From positions 3,765-67,764 of the forward strand of contig DHGX01000003.1 of assembly GCA_002402995.1 (NCBI GenBank): a stretch of 64,000 nucleotides of DNA, given 5' to 3'. The position numbers and the translations under genes are program-made. The DNA comes from Patescibacteria group bacterium UBA4787 (GTDB taxonomy: Bacteria; Patescibacteriota; Patescibacteriia; UBA2591; UBA4787). A model generated the notes under the pieces. The model did no database searches, was not told where the DNA came from, and saw only the letters and a list, made by a program, of their open reading frames with translations. Within the stretch, counting starts at the first letter, position 1, and every line of letters begins with the position of its first letter. Positions 10,535 to 21,158 of the stretch are shown here, piece after piece.

Positions 10535-13500
10535 ATGAAAAATTTTGGCCAAAAAATTTCAAAGAATTCGAAATTTTTGTGGTTATTGTTTATAGCAATT
10601 ATATTATCGCCTAATTTTGTTTTGGCGGCTCCCGCGCAAGACAATTCGCGCGGAACTTTTTACGACGACTTTACGAATATCGGCGGCGTTGCCTTGAGCG
10701 CGAATACCGAAGTAGACGTCGCGCATAATTGGATCGGCTTAAAGCCAGACGAACAAGGTGATTATCCGCTTTCCAGCACTTTTGATTTCACTGAAGATTT
10801 TTCCACTAATAATTTTAAGGATACAACTGATTCAATAGACATTGATTGGAATATTAATAATCGGAAATTAAAACTTTTTAAAGAGAATGATTGGACAAAC
10901 CCCGTTTCTATACCAGAAACTTATTTAGGCGGATTGGGCGTTGATACTAATACCAACAAGTTGTACGCTGGCACGGCCGCTAATCGGGAAATTTACGAAT
11001 TACAAGACGCGAGTTTTCAAAAAATGACTGGTCCATGGAACGATGGATGGTTTTATTCTTTTTCATCGTATCAAAATAAATTATACGCCAGCGGAAATAA
11101 TGGAGATTGGAGTACGAGCGACGGGATTTATGTTTACGATGGTTCTTCTTGGTCAATTTCTTCCGGCTCGCCCACAGAAGGATCTGGCAATTCAGCTATG
11201 GCCATGGCTGTTTATGACAATAAACTTTATCTTGGAACGCGCAATGATTTTAATTACGCCAAAGTTTTTTCTTTTGATGGCGCTTCTTGGCAAGACACGA
11301 ATGTCACCAGCACTCAAATAGCGTTTATTTCTTTAGTGGTTTACAATAACAAACTTTACGCCGGTTCGTCTAACGACTCAGGTTGGACAAATCCCGAGGT
11401 CTTTGTTTATGATGGCAATGCATGGAATTTATCAACTCAATGTCCAGACGCTTCTAGTGGAGCGGCACACTTGGTCGTCCACGACAACAAGCTTTATGCG
11501 TCCTGTGAGAATCCGTCTTATGGCAGTCGAATGTTTGTTTACGACGGCGATACTTGGTCAGCAATGGCAAACATAGATTATCGCGTTTATCAATTAATTT
11601 CCTACGATAACAAACTTTACGCCGCTACTTCCAACGGACTTTACGTTTTTGACAATAATTCGTGGGACTTAGAATATCCCGGTTCTGTCGGGGCATTAGC
11701 GGTTTATAATAATCGGCTTTATCTCGGTCTCGGCAATACTGCTAATATTGTTTCTATTGGCACAAATTTTAGTTATTCATCTTCCGGCGTCGCGGTTTCT
11801 CTAAAAATTAATGGCAACGCGTCTGGCGTTCAGTCAGCCAAAATTAGCCCGACCCAGATTCTAAATGGTCAAACCATTAATTATCAAATGTCAGCTGATG
11901 GCGGCAGTCATTGGGAAAATGTTACCCCAGGTTTAGAGCATATTTTTATCCACCCGGGCGATGATTTAAGATGGAAAACGGTTTTAACCACTTCAAACAT
12001 TAGTGCTTCGCCAGAAATTACCAATTTAGAAATTCAATATCAGGCAACTGCTTCCTCGGTCACTTCAATTTCTATCACTCCTTCAGAAGTCGGCTCTTGG
12101 GATAAAATCATTTTTAATCATACTTTAAATGACCAGGCCATTACTTATCAGATTTTGGACTCTTCGGACGCTTTAATACCTGATTCAGTTTTGCCGGGTA
12201 ACGCCGCGGGTTTTTCCGCTAGCGGTACTTCTATGACGATTGATTTGTATGCGCTTCCAAGCGCGACTTATCCGTCCATTAAAATTAAAGCGAATTTGCT
12301 CGCCAGTTGCAATCTTTATACCCCAACCATCAATTCCTGGAAAACTTACTGGATTAAAGCCAAAGCTGGCGATGATATCGCGTCCGGAGGCTCCGCTTCT
12401 TTTGACGCCACTTCTTCTGTTGGTGATAGCTACACCTGTGCCTGGGATTTTGACGTTTCTGATGGCGTTGATTGGAACAATCCTGATTCCAATTCTTGCC
12501 AACCCATTTATGATTATCGTTCCAATAAAGGAGGCGGCATTTACACCGCCTCTCTTAGGATTAAACAAGGAACTGCCACGGCTTATGATTATGACACTAA
12601 GGTCGTCACGGTTAATTTAGGTAGTAGTAGTGACGAAGAAAGCCCTAAATATTTAAATTTCTCCGCTAACCGCCGTATTTTATTGGCTGATTCCCCGAAT
12701 CAGAGCATAATTAGCGCTCAAGTTTTAAACAAAAATAAAAAAGCTGTACTCGACGGGACTACGATTGTATGGAGTCTTCTTTGCCCGAATCTAACCACGG
12801 ACTTCAAAGATCTTGCCTGTGGAACATTATCTAACAATCAAAGTTTGACGGCAAATGGCGCGGTTTCTACAATTTTTACGCCGGGACAATTAGCTGGTTC
12901 AATAATAGTAAGGGGTTGCGCGATCAACGGTGTCTGCGCCGAACAAGCCATCAAGGTGGCTCTTAAGCAGCGCGGAAAAATAATTTTGAAATCTAATTAT
13001 TCTATTTTGCCGGCTGACGGAAAGTCCAGAATAAAAATTTACGTTAAGGTATATGACCGTTATTTGAATCCTTGGTCAAATGTTGTTATTTCTTTAAAAT
13101 TGATTAGTTTAGGCGCGGATCAAAAAGAAATCAAATTCACAGGTGAACTGTCGTCAACAGAGATAAAAACAGACAATAACGGCGAAGCGCTTGTCTATTA
13201 TTCGCCGGGCGAACAAATCGGAAAAATAAAAATTAAAGCTAATATAGAAAGCAATCAATCGTTGAGCGGGTTCAGGGTTTTGAATAAACTGGCTTATTTT
13301 TTAAAATACCTCACGCCTTCTTTTTTAAAATCAACCGCCAGCCATTTTTTTAATTTTGTAATGGCGGCCACGGCCCCAAAAATTTACGCCCCATATCCAA
13401 TTCAACCCGTGCCCATAATTGAGCCCCTTCCGCTTCCGGAAGAAGAAATTCCAGAAGAAGAAATTGTTTTGCCGCCAAATGACGAAGAAGTGGTCGGAGA

Positions 13501-14917
13501 ACTTGACCTTGATTTAGTTGATTCAGAATTAATGACCACGATTGTTGAAGATGAACCTCAGCCATTAGTTCAACCTCCAGATCCATCTGCTCCTACGCCA
13601 CTTTCCGAACAGTCAGGATCCCAAATAGGTGTTCCTAGTGAGAGTTATTCATCAGCGCCGCCGCCGTTACCGGTATATCTTCGCGCTCCAGTTTCGATTC
13701 CTTCAGCAGAAGCCGCGCCGACTATTATTGAAATTCATTATCCCGAGACAAAAGCGGCAGAGACGGCCAGTGATCCGTCTGGCTTTACGGAAATAATTGA
13801 GAAAACAACCGATTTGACACAAAACACAATAAGCGCGGCAACCGTGATCGTTAAAAAAATTCACACAAATCCGACGGTTCAAACTGTTAATCAAGTCGTA
13901 GCGCCAACAGTCTCGGCTGTAACCGTTGCGGCTGTGGCCGCTTCCGGCGCGGCTTCAAGCGCCACCGCCGTTCCTTTATTCAATATGGCTGTTCTTTTAT
14001 TCACCCAGCCTTCGTATCTTTTGACTCGGAGAAGGAAATCATGGGGCACGGTTTATGACTCCCTGTCCAAAGAACCAGTCTCTTTGGCTATAATTCGTCT
14101 TTATGAAATAATTTCGCAAGCTAATGAACAAAATAAAACTAAGAAACTTATCCAAACCCGAGTAACAAGCGCGGACGGACGTTATTTCTTTTTAGTCAAA
14201 CCATATACTAATTATCAAATTGAAGTTGTTTGTAATGGTTATAAATTCCCCAGCCATATTCTGAAAGCAGGCGTTCAAGAAACCATTTATACGGATGTCT
14301 ATTACGGCGAAGTTTTTAATTCTAACGATAATACTATAATTAATCCGAATTTGCCGCTTGATTCGCAGGAGGGGAAAGTTTCTTTGGTCGGTTTTAACAA
14401 AAAAATTAAAACTATTTTTGCCGATTTAGAGCAGTTTCTAAAAGCGCCAATTAATGCAAAAGAAAAAGAATACCGAAGAATCAAAAAAGAGGCCTTGACC
14501 AAAAAGGCGCTTAGGTTTCTTGCTTATCTCGCGCCTATTTTAGGCTTTATTAATTTATTAATTTCACCCAATAAATGGACATCATTATTATTCATTTTGC
14601 AGTTATTAATGCTTTTGGTTTTCCGGTATTTTATTGAGAAGATTTTGCCATATAAACAACATCTAGGGCGCGTTTTTGATATTGACACCAATAAGAATAT
14701 CGGACAATCTTTGATTTATCTTTTTGAGCCGCAATTCGGGAAATTAATTCAAACGCAAATTGCCGACAATGACGGACTCTACGGATTTTTAATCGGCAAT
14801 CAGAAGTATTATTTAGTCGCCGAAAAACCCGGCTATGTTTTTCCCCAAGACAAGATGGAAATTGTCGGTCAGGTCGAAGGCATAGCTAAAAAAGATTTAG
14901 GTATGAAAAAAATCTAG
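10535..14917 (+). CDS. Giant surface protein paralogue: beta-propeller head (repeated 'VY.NKLYAG' blades), PKD-like, Ig-like, Pro/Glu-rich linker, same C-terminal membrane anchor module
   Basis: ATG at 10535 gives a signal peptide 'MKNFGQK...PNFVLA'; shares PKD and C-terminal blocks with 2396..10321. Confidence 0.75.
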   Translation: MKNFGQKISKNSKFLWLLFIAIILSPNFVLAAPAQDNSRGTFYDDFTNIGGVALSANTEVDVAHNWIGLKPDEQGDYPLSSTFDFTEDFSTNNFKDTTDSIDIDWNINNRKLKLFKENDWTNPVSIPETYLGGLGVDTNTNKLYAGTAANREIYELQDASFQKMTGPWNDGWFYSFSSYQNKLYASGNNGDWSTSDGIYVYDGSSWSISSGSPTEGSGNSAMAMAVYDNKLYLGTRNDFNYAKVFSFDGASWQDTNVTSTQIAFISLVVYNNKLYAGSSNDSGWTNPEVFVYDGNAWNLSTQCPDASSGAAHLVVHDNKLYASCENPSYGSRMFVYDGDTWSAMANIDYRVYQLISYDNKLYAATSNGLYVFDNNSWDLEYPGSVGALAVYNNRLYLGLGNTANIVSIGTNFSYSSSGVAVSLKINGNASGVQSAKISPTQILNGQTINYQMSADGGSHWENVTPGLEHIFIHPGDDLRWKTVLTTSNISASPEITNLEIQYQATASSVTSISITPSEVGSWDKIIFNHTLNDQAITYQILDSSDALIPDSVLPGNAAGFSASGTSMTIDLYALPSATYPSIKIKANLLASCNLYTPTINSWKTYWIKAKAGDDIASGGSASFDATSSVGDSYTCAWDFDVSDGVDWNNPDSNSCQPIYDYRSNKGGGIYTASLRIKQGTATAYDYDTKVVTVNLGSSSDEESPKYLNFSANRRILLADSPNQSIISAQVLNKNKKAVLDGTTIVWSLLCPNLTTDFKDLACGTLSNNQSLTANGAVSTIFTPGQLAGSIIVRGCAINGVCAEQAIKVALKQRGKIILKSNYSILPADGKSRIKIYVKVYDRYLNPWSNVVISLKLISLGADQKEIKFTGELSSTEIKTDNNGEALVYYSPGEQIGKIKIKANIESNQSLSGFRVLNKLAYFLKYLTPSFLKSTASHFFNFVMAATAPKIYAPYPIQPVPIIEPLPLPEEEIPEEEIVLPPNDEEVVGELDLDLVDSELMTTIVEDEPQPLVQPPDPSAPTPLSEQSGSQIGVPSESYSSAPPPLPVYLRAPVSIPSAEAAPTIIEIHYPETKAAETASDPSGFTEIIEKTTDLTQNTISAATVIVKKIHTNPTVQTVNQVVAPTVSAVTVAAVAASGAASSATAVPLFNMAVLLFTQPSYLLTRRRKSWGTVYDSLSKEPVSLAIIRLYEIISQANEQNKTKKLIQTRVTSADGRYFFLVKPYTNYQIEVVCNGYKFPSHILKAGVQETIYTDVYYGEVFNSNDNTIINPNLPLDSQEGKVSLVGFNKKIKTIFADLEQFLKAPINAKEKEYRRIKKEALTKKALRFLAYLAPILGFINLLISPNKWTSLLFILQLLMLLVFRYFIEKILPYKQHLGRVFDIDTNKNIGQSLIYLFEPQFGKLIQTQIADNDGLYGFLIGNQKYYLVAEKPGYVFPQDKMEIVGQVEGIAKKDLGMKKI

Positions 14918-14943
14918 GCTTTATCATAAAAATTTAGTTTCTT

Positions 14944-14977
14944 TAATCGAAAGAGCGGTTAAAGCCGCTCTTGATTA
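14944..14977 (+). terminator. Stem-loop downstream of giant gene 2
   Basis: AAGAGCGG-ttaaag-CCGCTCTT hairpin. Confidence 0.55.
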
Positions 14978-15051
14978 TTAAGTAAGAATAGGACGTTAGA
15001 CAAAATTGCGAACTCGGTTTATAATATAAAAATTAATAAATATTATTTTTT

Positions 15052-15693
15052 ATGGTTAACAAAAAATCAATTTGGGCAAAATTAGCCGCTATTCCAGAAG
15101 ATATTTTATCTCAGAAAGGAGAGAATATAGAAATCACAAAACGAGTGATCACTTTTAATAAGACGGTTAATTTGAAAAAAGAGACCGCCGTTGCTAAACC
15201 AGCCGAAACCGTTGAACTAAAGAGGGTTGAGAAAAAAGCAGAATCACCCAAAAATAAGAAATTCTTGTCCTTTTTTGAAAAATTATTAAAAAGGAGTCAG
15301 AAGCCGTTGAGAAAGAAAGAGGAGGATAAAAAAGAAAAATCCGAAGACGGCTGGCTTGAGCAAGATTTCCCTGGGCAGTTATCGGTTGACGTATGTCAGG
15401 AGGGAGATAGTCTGATTATCCAATCAACCATTGCCGGTGTTGAGGCGGATAATTTAGATGTTTCGGTTGAGCCGGATCTTATTACGATCAGGGGCGCGAG
15501 ACAAAGAGAGGTAGAGACCAAGGATAAAAATTATTTTTATCAAGAATGTTTTTGGGGTAAGTTTTCTCGAACTCTGGTTTTGCCTTATCCGGTTCAGCCA
15601 GACAAAGTTCGGGCTAAATTAAAAAATGGAATTTTAACCATTATCCTGCCCATCGTCCAAGAAAAGAATTCGTCCAGCGTAAAGATTAATTAA
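15052..15693 (+). CDS. Hsp20/alpha-crystallin family small heat-shock protein with long charged N-terminus
   Basis: 'QLSVDV...IAGV...ITIRG.R...ECFWGKFSRTLVLP..V....A.LKNGILTIILP'. Confidence 0.85.
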   Translation: MVNKKSIWAKLAAIPEDILSQKGENIEITKRVITFNKTVNLKKETAVAKPAETVELKRVEKKAESPKNKKFLSFFEKLLKRSQKPLRKKEEDKKEKSEDGWLEQDFPGQLSVDVCQEGDSLIIQSTIAGVEADNLDVSVEPDLITIRGARQREVETKDKNYFYQECFWGKFSRTLVLPYPVQPDKVRAKLKNGILTIILPIVQEKNSSSVKIN

Positions 15694-15700
15694 TTCGACA

Positions 15701-17566
15701 ATGATTTTTTTTTCTATATTTAAAAAGACTGACAGCCGAATTTGGCAACGAATAATTTTTATTGCCATTTTCTTGCTGATCCTGGTTTTTTTTAGTTTAA
15801 TTGTTACCGGTTTTTGGTATGAACAAACGAACACCAATAAGATTTATCCCGGTATAACAATCGGCAAGTTTGAGTTGGGCGGACTAACCAGAGAAGGAGC
15901 GCTTGATTTATTAAAGCCGTTGATAACGGAGTTCGAAAAGAGAGGGATGCCATTTTATATTTTGACAGAAAAAGAGAGAAAGGATTTTTATGTGCGGCCG
16001 TTGTTTGTTGCGATCAGCGATCCCGATCTTTCCCGTCGTGTTTTGATTTTTGATTTGGACGAGACTGTTAAACAAGCTATGGCTATCGGTCGAGAGGGTA
16101 ATTTTTTAAAAAGATTTTATGAAATAAATATATCCGCCCTACGCCATCATAATTTAACAGCTTCTTATTATCTATCAAAAGACGATCTAAAAAATACTTT
16201 AATTGAATCCATTGGAAATTTTGAGCAGAAGCCACGGGATGCTTCTTTTTACTTATTGAAAAATGGGCAGATAGAATTGGTTACGGAAAAAAGCGGCGTG
16301 GTTTTTGATTATGACGCGGCTATTAATCACGAAATAGCTAATTTAGAGAATTTGAAATACGAACCAGTTTATGTCCCGTCAATCGAACAACAACCAGCCG
16401 TCAAAATAGAAGACGTTCGTACGCTTTTACCCAAGATTCAAGATTTTTTAAATCAGGCGCCAATGATTTTAACATACCAGAACAAAGAATGGTCGATCAG
16501 CCAGCAGGAATTATCTTCTTGGTTGCAAATAGAAAAAAATAAATTTAGCGGCGCTAGAATTATTTTAGCCGGAGAAATTGCTAATAATTATTTAAATATT
16601 TTAGCAAAACAAATTAACATAGAACCCAAAAATGGCAAACTTACAGTGGAAGAGAATAGGGTAACTGAATTCCAGCTTAGCCAGCCAGGCTTAATTCTAG
16701 ACATAGAAGCCAGCCGAAAAACTATCGTTGATAATCTAGAAAAGAAATTGAATCGCATCGAGTTGGTGGTCAATAAATCACAACCAGAAATTTTAACAGA
16801 AGATATTAATGATTTGGGCATTAAAGAATTGGTGGGCGAAGGAGTGTCTAATTTCGCCGGCAGCCCTAAAAATAGGCGCCATAATATCGACGTGGGCGCT
16901 CAAAAACTGAACGGCGTTTTAATTAGACCGGGCGAAGAATTTTCGTTGGTAAAAGCTCTGGGCAAGATTGATGAGGTCGCGGGATTTTTGCCAGAATTAG
17001 TTATTAAAGGCGCGCGAACTATACCGGAATTAGGCGGCGGACTTTGTCAAATAGGCACCACGATGTTTCGGGTAGCTTTAAACGGCGGATTTCCTATAAC
17101 CGCCCGCACCCCTCATTCGTATCGAGTTGTTTATTATGAGCCAGCCGGCATGGACGCCACAATTTACAATCCACAGCCTGATTTAAAATTTATTAACGAC
17201 ACCAGCCATTATTTGCTTTTGCAAACAAAAATTTCTGACAATATGTTAATATTTGATTTATATGGCACAAGCGATGGCCGTAAAGTAGAATTAAGTCAGC
17301 CCAAATTAAGTAATATTGTTAAGCCTGGACCACCGCTTTACATTGAGAGCGAAGGATTAAAGCCGGGAGAGAAAAAGAAATTAGAAAGCGCTCATGCCGG
17401 AGCCAATGCGGAATTTATCAGAACAATTACTTCTGCTGACGGCACAATAAAAACTGAGCAATGGAAAAGTTATTATAAACCCTGGCAAGAAGTTTGGCTG
17501 GTTGGTAAAGAAAAAGTTATTCCGTCAGATAGCGTTGTTGATTCAACGGCCGAAAAGAAAAATTAA
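15701..17566 (+). CDS. VanW family protein with PG_binding_4 domains, N-terminal TM
   Basis: 'NRRHNI', 'GGGLCQIGTTMFRVAL', 'RTPHSY', 'GMDATI', 'DLKFIN'. Confidence 0.85.
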   Translation: MIFFSIFKKTDSRIWQRIIFIAIFLLILVFFSLIVTGFWYEQTNTNKIYPGITIGKFELGGLTREGALDLLKPLITEFEKRGMPFYILTEKERKDFYVRPLFVAISDPDLSRRVLIFDLDETVKQAMAIGREGNFLKRFYEINISALRHHNLTASYYLSKDDLKNTLIESIGNFEQKPRDASFYLLKNGQIELVTEKSGVVFDYDAAINHEIANLENLKYEPVYVPSIEQQPAVKIEDVRTLLPKIQDFLNQAPMILTYQNKEWSISQQELSSWLQIEKNKFSGARIILAGEIANNYLNILAKQINIEPKNGKLTVEENRVTEFQLSQPGLILDIEASRKTIVDNLEKKLNRIELVVNKSQPEILTEDINDLGIKELVGEGVSNFAGSPKNRRHNIDVGAQKLNGVLIRPGEEFSLVKALGKIDEVAGFLPELVIKGARTIPELGGGLCQIGTTMFRVALNGGFPITARTPHSYRVVYYEPAGMDATIYNPQPDLKFINDTSHYLLLQTKISDNMLIFDLYGTSDGRKVELSQPKLSNIVKPGPPLYIESEGLKPGEKKKLESAHAGANAEFIRTITSADGTIKTEQWKSYYKPWQEVWLVGKEKVIPSDSVVDSTAEKKN

Positions 17567-17577
17567 AATATTTAATC

Positions 17578-18702
17578 GTGGAAATTAGACAAATAAAAAA
17601 TCAGAAAGAGTGGAATAGTTTGATTGCTTCTCAATATTTATCCCAGTTTTTACAGTCCTGGGAGTGGGGCGTCTTTCAGGAATCTTTGGGGCGAAAACTT
17701 TTTCGTTTAGCGCTTATTAACGAAAAAAAAGAAAATATTTTAGCGCAGGTTGTTAAGATGAAGCTTCCTCTTGGTTTTAACTATTTATATGTTCCCCGCG
17801 GCCCGATTTTTAACAAGACGAAAAACATCAATGGTCAAGAAATAATCAACGAGATCTGTCGATTGACCAGTGACGACAAAACTATTTTTTTGAAAATTGA
17901 ACCAACGTTTGCCGATCTTCCTCCCGCCTTAGCAGGATTAGAAGATCGAACATCCGCCGACTTGTCCGCCGTAACCCGTAGGGCGGAGGCGGGAGTCCAT
18001 TGGCTGAAGGACGAAGACGAATTATCACTCTTTTTGCTCGGGGATAAGATAGAAATATCCGGGCAATTAGTAAAAACCTCCCTTGTGCAACCCGAGCAAA
18101 CTATTATTTTGGACTTATCTAAAAGAGAAGATGATTTGTTGAAAGAAATGCATTATAAAACCCGTTATAATATCCGTTTAGCCCAAAAGCACGGTGTTAG
18201 AATAAAGACTTCTTCGGTCAGCGATCAAGACATTTCCATCTTTTTAAATTTATTAAAAATCACTTCCGTCCGCGATAGTTTTCGCGCCCATCCAGCCGAT
18301 TATTATCGCCAAATGTTCAAAATTTTGGGCAACGATAATCAAAATACATCGCCGGATAATTTTTTTATCAGACTTTATCAAGCCGAACGCCAAGGAGAAA
18401 TTTTAGCGGCTAATTTAGTGGGTTTTTTCGGCGATACAGTTACTTATCTTCACGGCGCTTCAAGCGATGAATCCAGGCAGGTCATGGCTCCTTATTTATT
18501 GCAATGGCAGATAATTTTAGACGCCAAGAAACAAGGATATCGTTATTATGATTTTTGGGGTATTGATGAAAAATTATGGCCGGGGGTTACGCGTTTCAAG
18601 ATAGGTTTTGGCGGCAAACGGATAAAATTTTTCGGCGTGTATGATTATATTATCAATTCGGCGGTTTATTGGTTGTATCGTTTCGCAAAAAAGATAATTT
18701 AA
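17578..18702 (+). CDS. FemAB/FemX family peptidoglycan interpeptide-bridge aminoacyltransferase, carrying palindromic in-frame insertion
   Basis: 'FLQSWEWG', 'YVPRGP', 'KTRYNIR', 'YLHGASS', 'YDFWGI', 'FKIGFGG'. Confidence 0.85.
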   Translation: MEIRQIKNQKEWNSLIASQYLSQFLQSWEWGVFQESLGRKLFRLALINEKKENILAQVVKMKLPLGFNYLYVPRGPIFNKTKNINGQEIINEICRLTSDDKTIFLKIEPTFADLPPALAGLEDRTSADLSAVTRRAEAGVHWLKDEDELSLFLLGDKIEISGQLVKTSLVQPEQTIILDLSKREDDLLKEMHYKTRYNIRLAQKHGVRIKTSSVSDQDISIFLNLLKITSVRDSFRAHPADYYRQMFKILGNDNQNTSPDNFFIRLYQAERQGEILAANLVGFFGDTVTYLHGASSDESRQVMAPYLLQWQIILDAKKQGYRYYDFWGIDEKLWPGVTRFKIGFGGKRIKFFGVYDYIINSAVYWLYRFAKKII

Positions 18703-18706
18703 TTTT

Positions 18707-18781
18707 GCCTCCATAGTTCAACGGATAGAATGTGGGCTTCCGGAGCCCAAGATAGGGGTTCGATTCCTCTTGGAGGCACCA
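18707..18781 (+). tRNA. tRNA-Arg(CCG)
   Basis: GCCTCCA/TGGAGGC acceptor stem, anticodon arm TGGGC-TTCCGGA-GCCCA, GTTCGATTC, encoded CCA. Confidence 0.95.
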
Positions 18782-18882
18782 ATAAAGGCGGACATGCTTG
18801 CCCAATCAGCGGACCTGTCCATCCGTAGTTTCGCAGAGCGGAACGTTCGCTCGGCAATAAAAAGATTTTACTAATAATTCGG

Positions 18883-18914
18883 AATGAGGGCTGGCGATAT
18901 CGCTGGTCCTCATT
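18883..18914 (+). terminator. Stem-loop between tRNA-Arg and murC
   Basis: AATGAGGGCTGGCG-atat-CGCTGGTCCTCATT imperfect hairpin. Confidence 0.4.
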
Positions 18915-18966
18915 GTTCTAAAATTTTTAATTAGCGCGGGTTTTTAATTTATGATAAACTTAAACA

Positions 18967-20349
18967 ATGGACATAGATAAATTAAGAAAAGTTTATATTG
19001 TCGGCATCGGCGGCATCGGCGTTTCCGCGATTGGCCGCTGGCTTAATAAATTAGGAGTCGAAGTCAGCGGTTCTGATTTAACTAATTCAATAATTACCCA
19101 AGAACTGGAGAATTTGGGCATAAAAATATTTTTTGGACACAAGAAAGAAAATATTTCAGATGATTTAGATTTAGTTATTTATTCTTCGGCCGTGCCTTTT
19201 GATAATCCCGAAAGGATTGCGTCTCGCGCTTTAGGAATTAAAGAATTATCTTACAATGAATTTTTAGGCGAAATTTCTAAAGATTATTTTACTATCGCCA
19301 TATCCGGCACTAACGGGAAAAGCACAACCACGGCCTTAGCCGGCTTGATATTCGAAGCGGCAAATTTAGACCCCACGGTAATCGTGGGTAGCCGGGTTAA
19401 GGAGTGGCAAGGAAATTTTCGTTTAAGCGACTCAAATATCAAAAGGCTTAATACCCCCCTTATCGTTGAAGCTTGCGAGTGGCGAGCGCACATGCTTGAT
19501 CTTTTTCCGAAGGTAATTGTTTTAACTAATATCGAAGAGGACCATTTAGATTATTATCATGACTTAAATCATATTATTAACACCTTTCAAGAATATGTAG
19601 ACAAGTTGTCGCCCGACGATTTTTTAATTTTGAACGCTGACGATTCCAATATAGCCAAATTAAAACCGAAATGCCGCGTCATTACTTATGGCATTAAAAA
19701 TCGAGCCGATGCAATGGCCCAAAATATAGAATTTTTAACCGGATTAACGCGCTTTGATTTATTTTTCAAAAATGAAAATTTAGGGAAAGTAGAATTAGCG
19801 GTGCCGGGCGAATTTAATGTTTATAACACGCTGGCCGCCGTTGCTTTGTCTTTAAAATTCGATATTAATTTTAAGGTTATTCAAAAAACACTAAAAAGTT
19901 TTGAGGGGATTTGGCGCAGATTTGAGATTATTAAAAACGATCACGCGCTCACCGTTGTCTCTGATTACGCGCATCACCCCACGGCCATTAGAGAAACCAT
20001 CAAGGCCGCCAAAGGTTTTTTCCCTAATCGTCGATTGGTAGTAATTTTCCAGCCCCACCAACACAATCGGACTAAAAGTTTATTTAAAGATTTTGTTCGA
20101 AGTTTTACCCTGGCGGACCTAATTATTTTGGCGGAAATTTATGATGTGGCGGGGAGAGAAAGCTTAGAAGACCAGGATATAAGCTCAAGAGATTTATTGG
20201 AGGCGGTTAAAGAAAACAAGCAGAATCAGGTCTTTTATGCTGTTTCGCCGAGAGAAACAGTTGACCTTTACAAAAATAACCAACAAGCCAGAGATGTAGT
20301 TATAATAATGGGCGCTGGCGATATTTATGAAATTGCGGATAAAATTTAA
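18967..20349 (+). CDS. murC: UDP-N-acetylmuramate--L-alanine ligase
   Basis: 'GIGGIGVSA', 'GTNGKSTTT', 'EACE', 'DHLDYY', 'DYAHHPT', 'FQPH', 'MGAGDI'. Confidence 0.95.
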   Translation: MDIDKLRKVYIVGIGGIGVSAIGRWLNKLGVEVSGSDLTNSIITQELENLGIKIFFGHKKENISDDLDLVIYSSAVPFDNPERIASRALGIKELSYNEFLGEISKDYFTIAISGTNGKSTTTALAGLIFEAANLDPTVIVGSRVKEWQGNFRLSDSNIKRLNTPLIVEACEWRAHMLDLFPKVIVLTNIEEDHLDYYHDLNHIINTFQEYVDKLSPDDFLILNADDSNIAKLKPKCRVITYGIKNRADAMAQNIEFLTGLTRFDLFFKNENLGKVELAVPGEFNVYNTLAAVALSLKFDINFKVIQKTLKSFEGIWRRFEIIKNDHALTVVSDYAHHPTAIRETIKAAKGFFPNRRLVVIFQPHQHNRTKSLFKDFVRSFTLADLIILAEIYDVAGRESLEDQDISSRDLLEAVKENKQNQVFYAVSPRETVDLYKNNQQARDVVIIMGAGDIYEIADKI

Positions 20350-20482
20350 GCAAAGCTCGAAATTTCTTCACTCGTAGTCAAATCAAAAGAAGACTTTTGT
20401 TTGACAACCCCTTTTAGATGATTTATAATATTTTAATCTAATTAATTTAATAAATTTATTTAAACGATAAAAAGTAGTTTTT

Positions 20483-21061
20483 ATGTATCTCGTTCCAACA
20501 GTAATTGAAAAATCTACTCACGGAGAACGAGCTTATGATATTTATTCTCGTCTTTTGAAAGAAAGAATTATTTTTTTAGGAGATATGGTTGACGATGCGG
20601 TTGCTAATACGATTATTGCGCAACTTTTATTTCTGGAGAGTGAAGACAAGAATCGGGACATTAAGCTTTATGTAAACACGCCTGGCGGTTCAGTAACGGC
20701 CGGACTAGCGATTTATGATACGATGCAATACATTAAGCCGGATGTTATGACGATTTGTGTTGGTACTGCCGCTTCGATGGGCGCTGTTTTATTAAGCGCC
20801 GGCGCTAAAGGCAAGCGCTTGGCTCTGCCGAATGCCGAAGTAATGATTCACCAGGTGATGGGCGGATTTGAAGGCCAGGCGACGGACATTAAAATTAGAG
20901 CCGAGCATATTCTTAAGGTGCGCGATCAAATTAATAAAATTTTGGCTAAACACACGGATCAACCCTTAACAAAAATAGAAAAAGACACGGATCGTGATTT
21001 CTTTATGTCCGCCGAAGAAGCCAAGCGCTACGGTATCGTTGATAAAATTATCCACAAATAA
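20483..21061 (+). CDS. clpP: ATP-dependent Clp protease proteolytic subunit
   Basis: '[14 protein letters not shown]', 'TPGGSV', 'AASMGA', 'MIHQ', 'DTDRD'. Confidence 0.97.
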   Translation: MYLVPTVIEKSTHGERAYDIYSRLLKERIIFLGDMVDDAVANTIIAQLLFLESEDKNRDIKLYVNTPGGSVTAGLAIYDTMQYIKPDVMTICVGTAASMGAVLLSAGAKGKRLALPNAEVMIHQVMGGFEGQATDIKIRAEHILKVRDQINKILAKHTDQPLTKIEKDTDRDFFMSAEEAKRYGIVDKIIHK

Positions 21062-21158
21062 AAGGTATTAAACTTTTTATTTGTAAAATATTCTTTTTTC
21101 AAAAGCCGAGAAACACGGTCAGTTTTTGTTGAAAAATTAAATAAATAAAATCAAAAGT

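Noticed and set aside
8060-12600. Similar blocks in the giant genes as DGR template/variable repeats
   Set aside because: Both lie in CDS, differences are not adenine-specific, and no reverse transcriptase is present.
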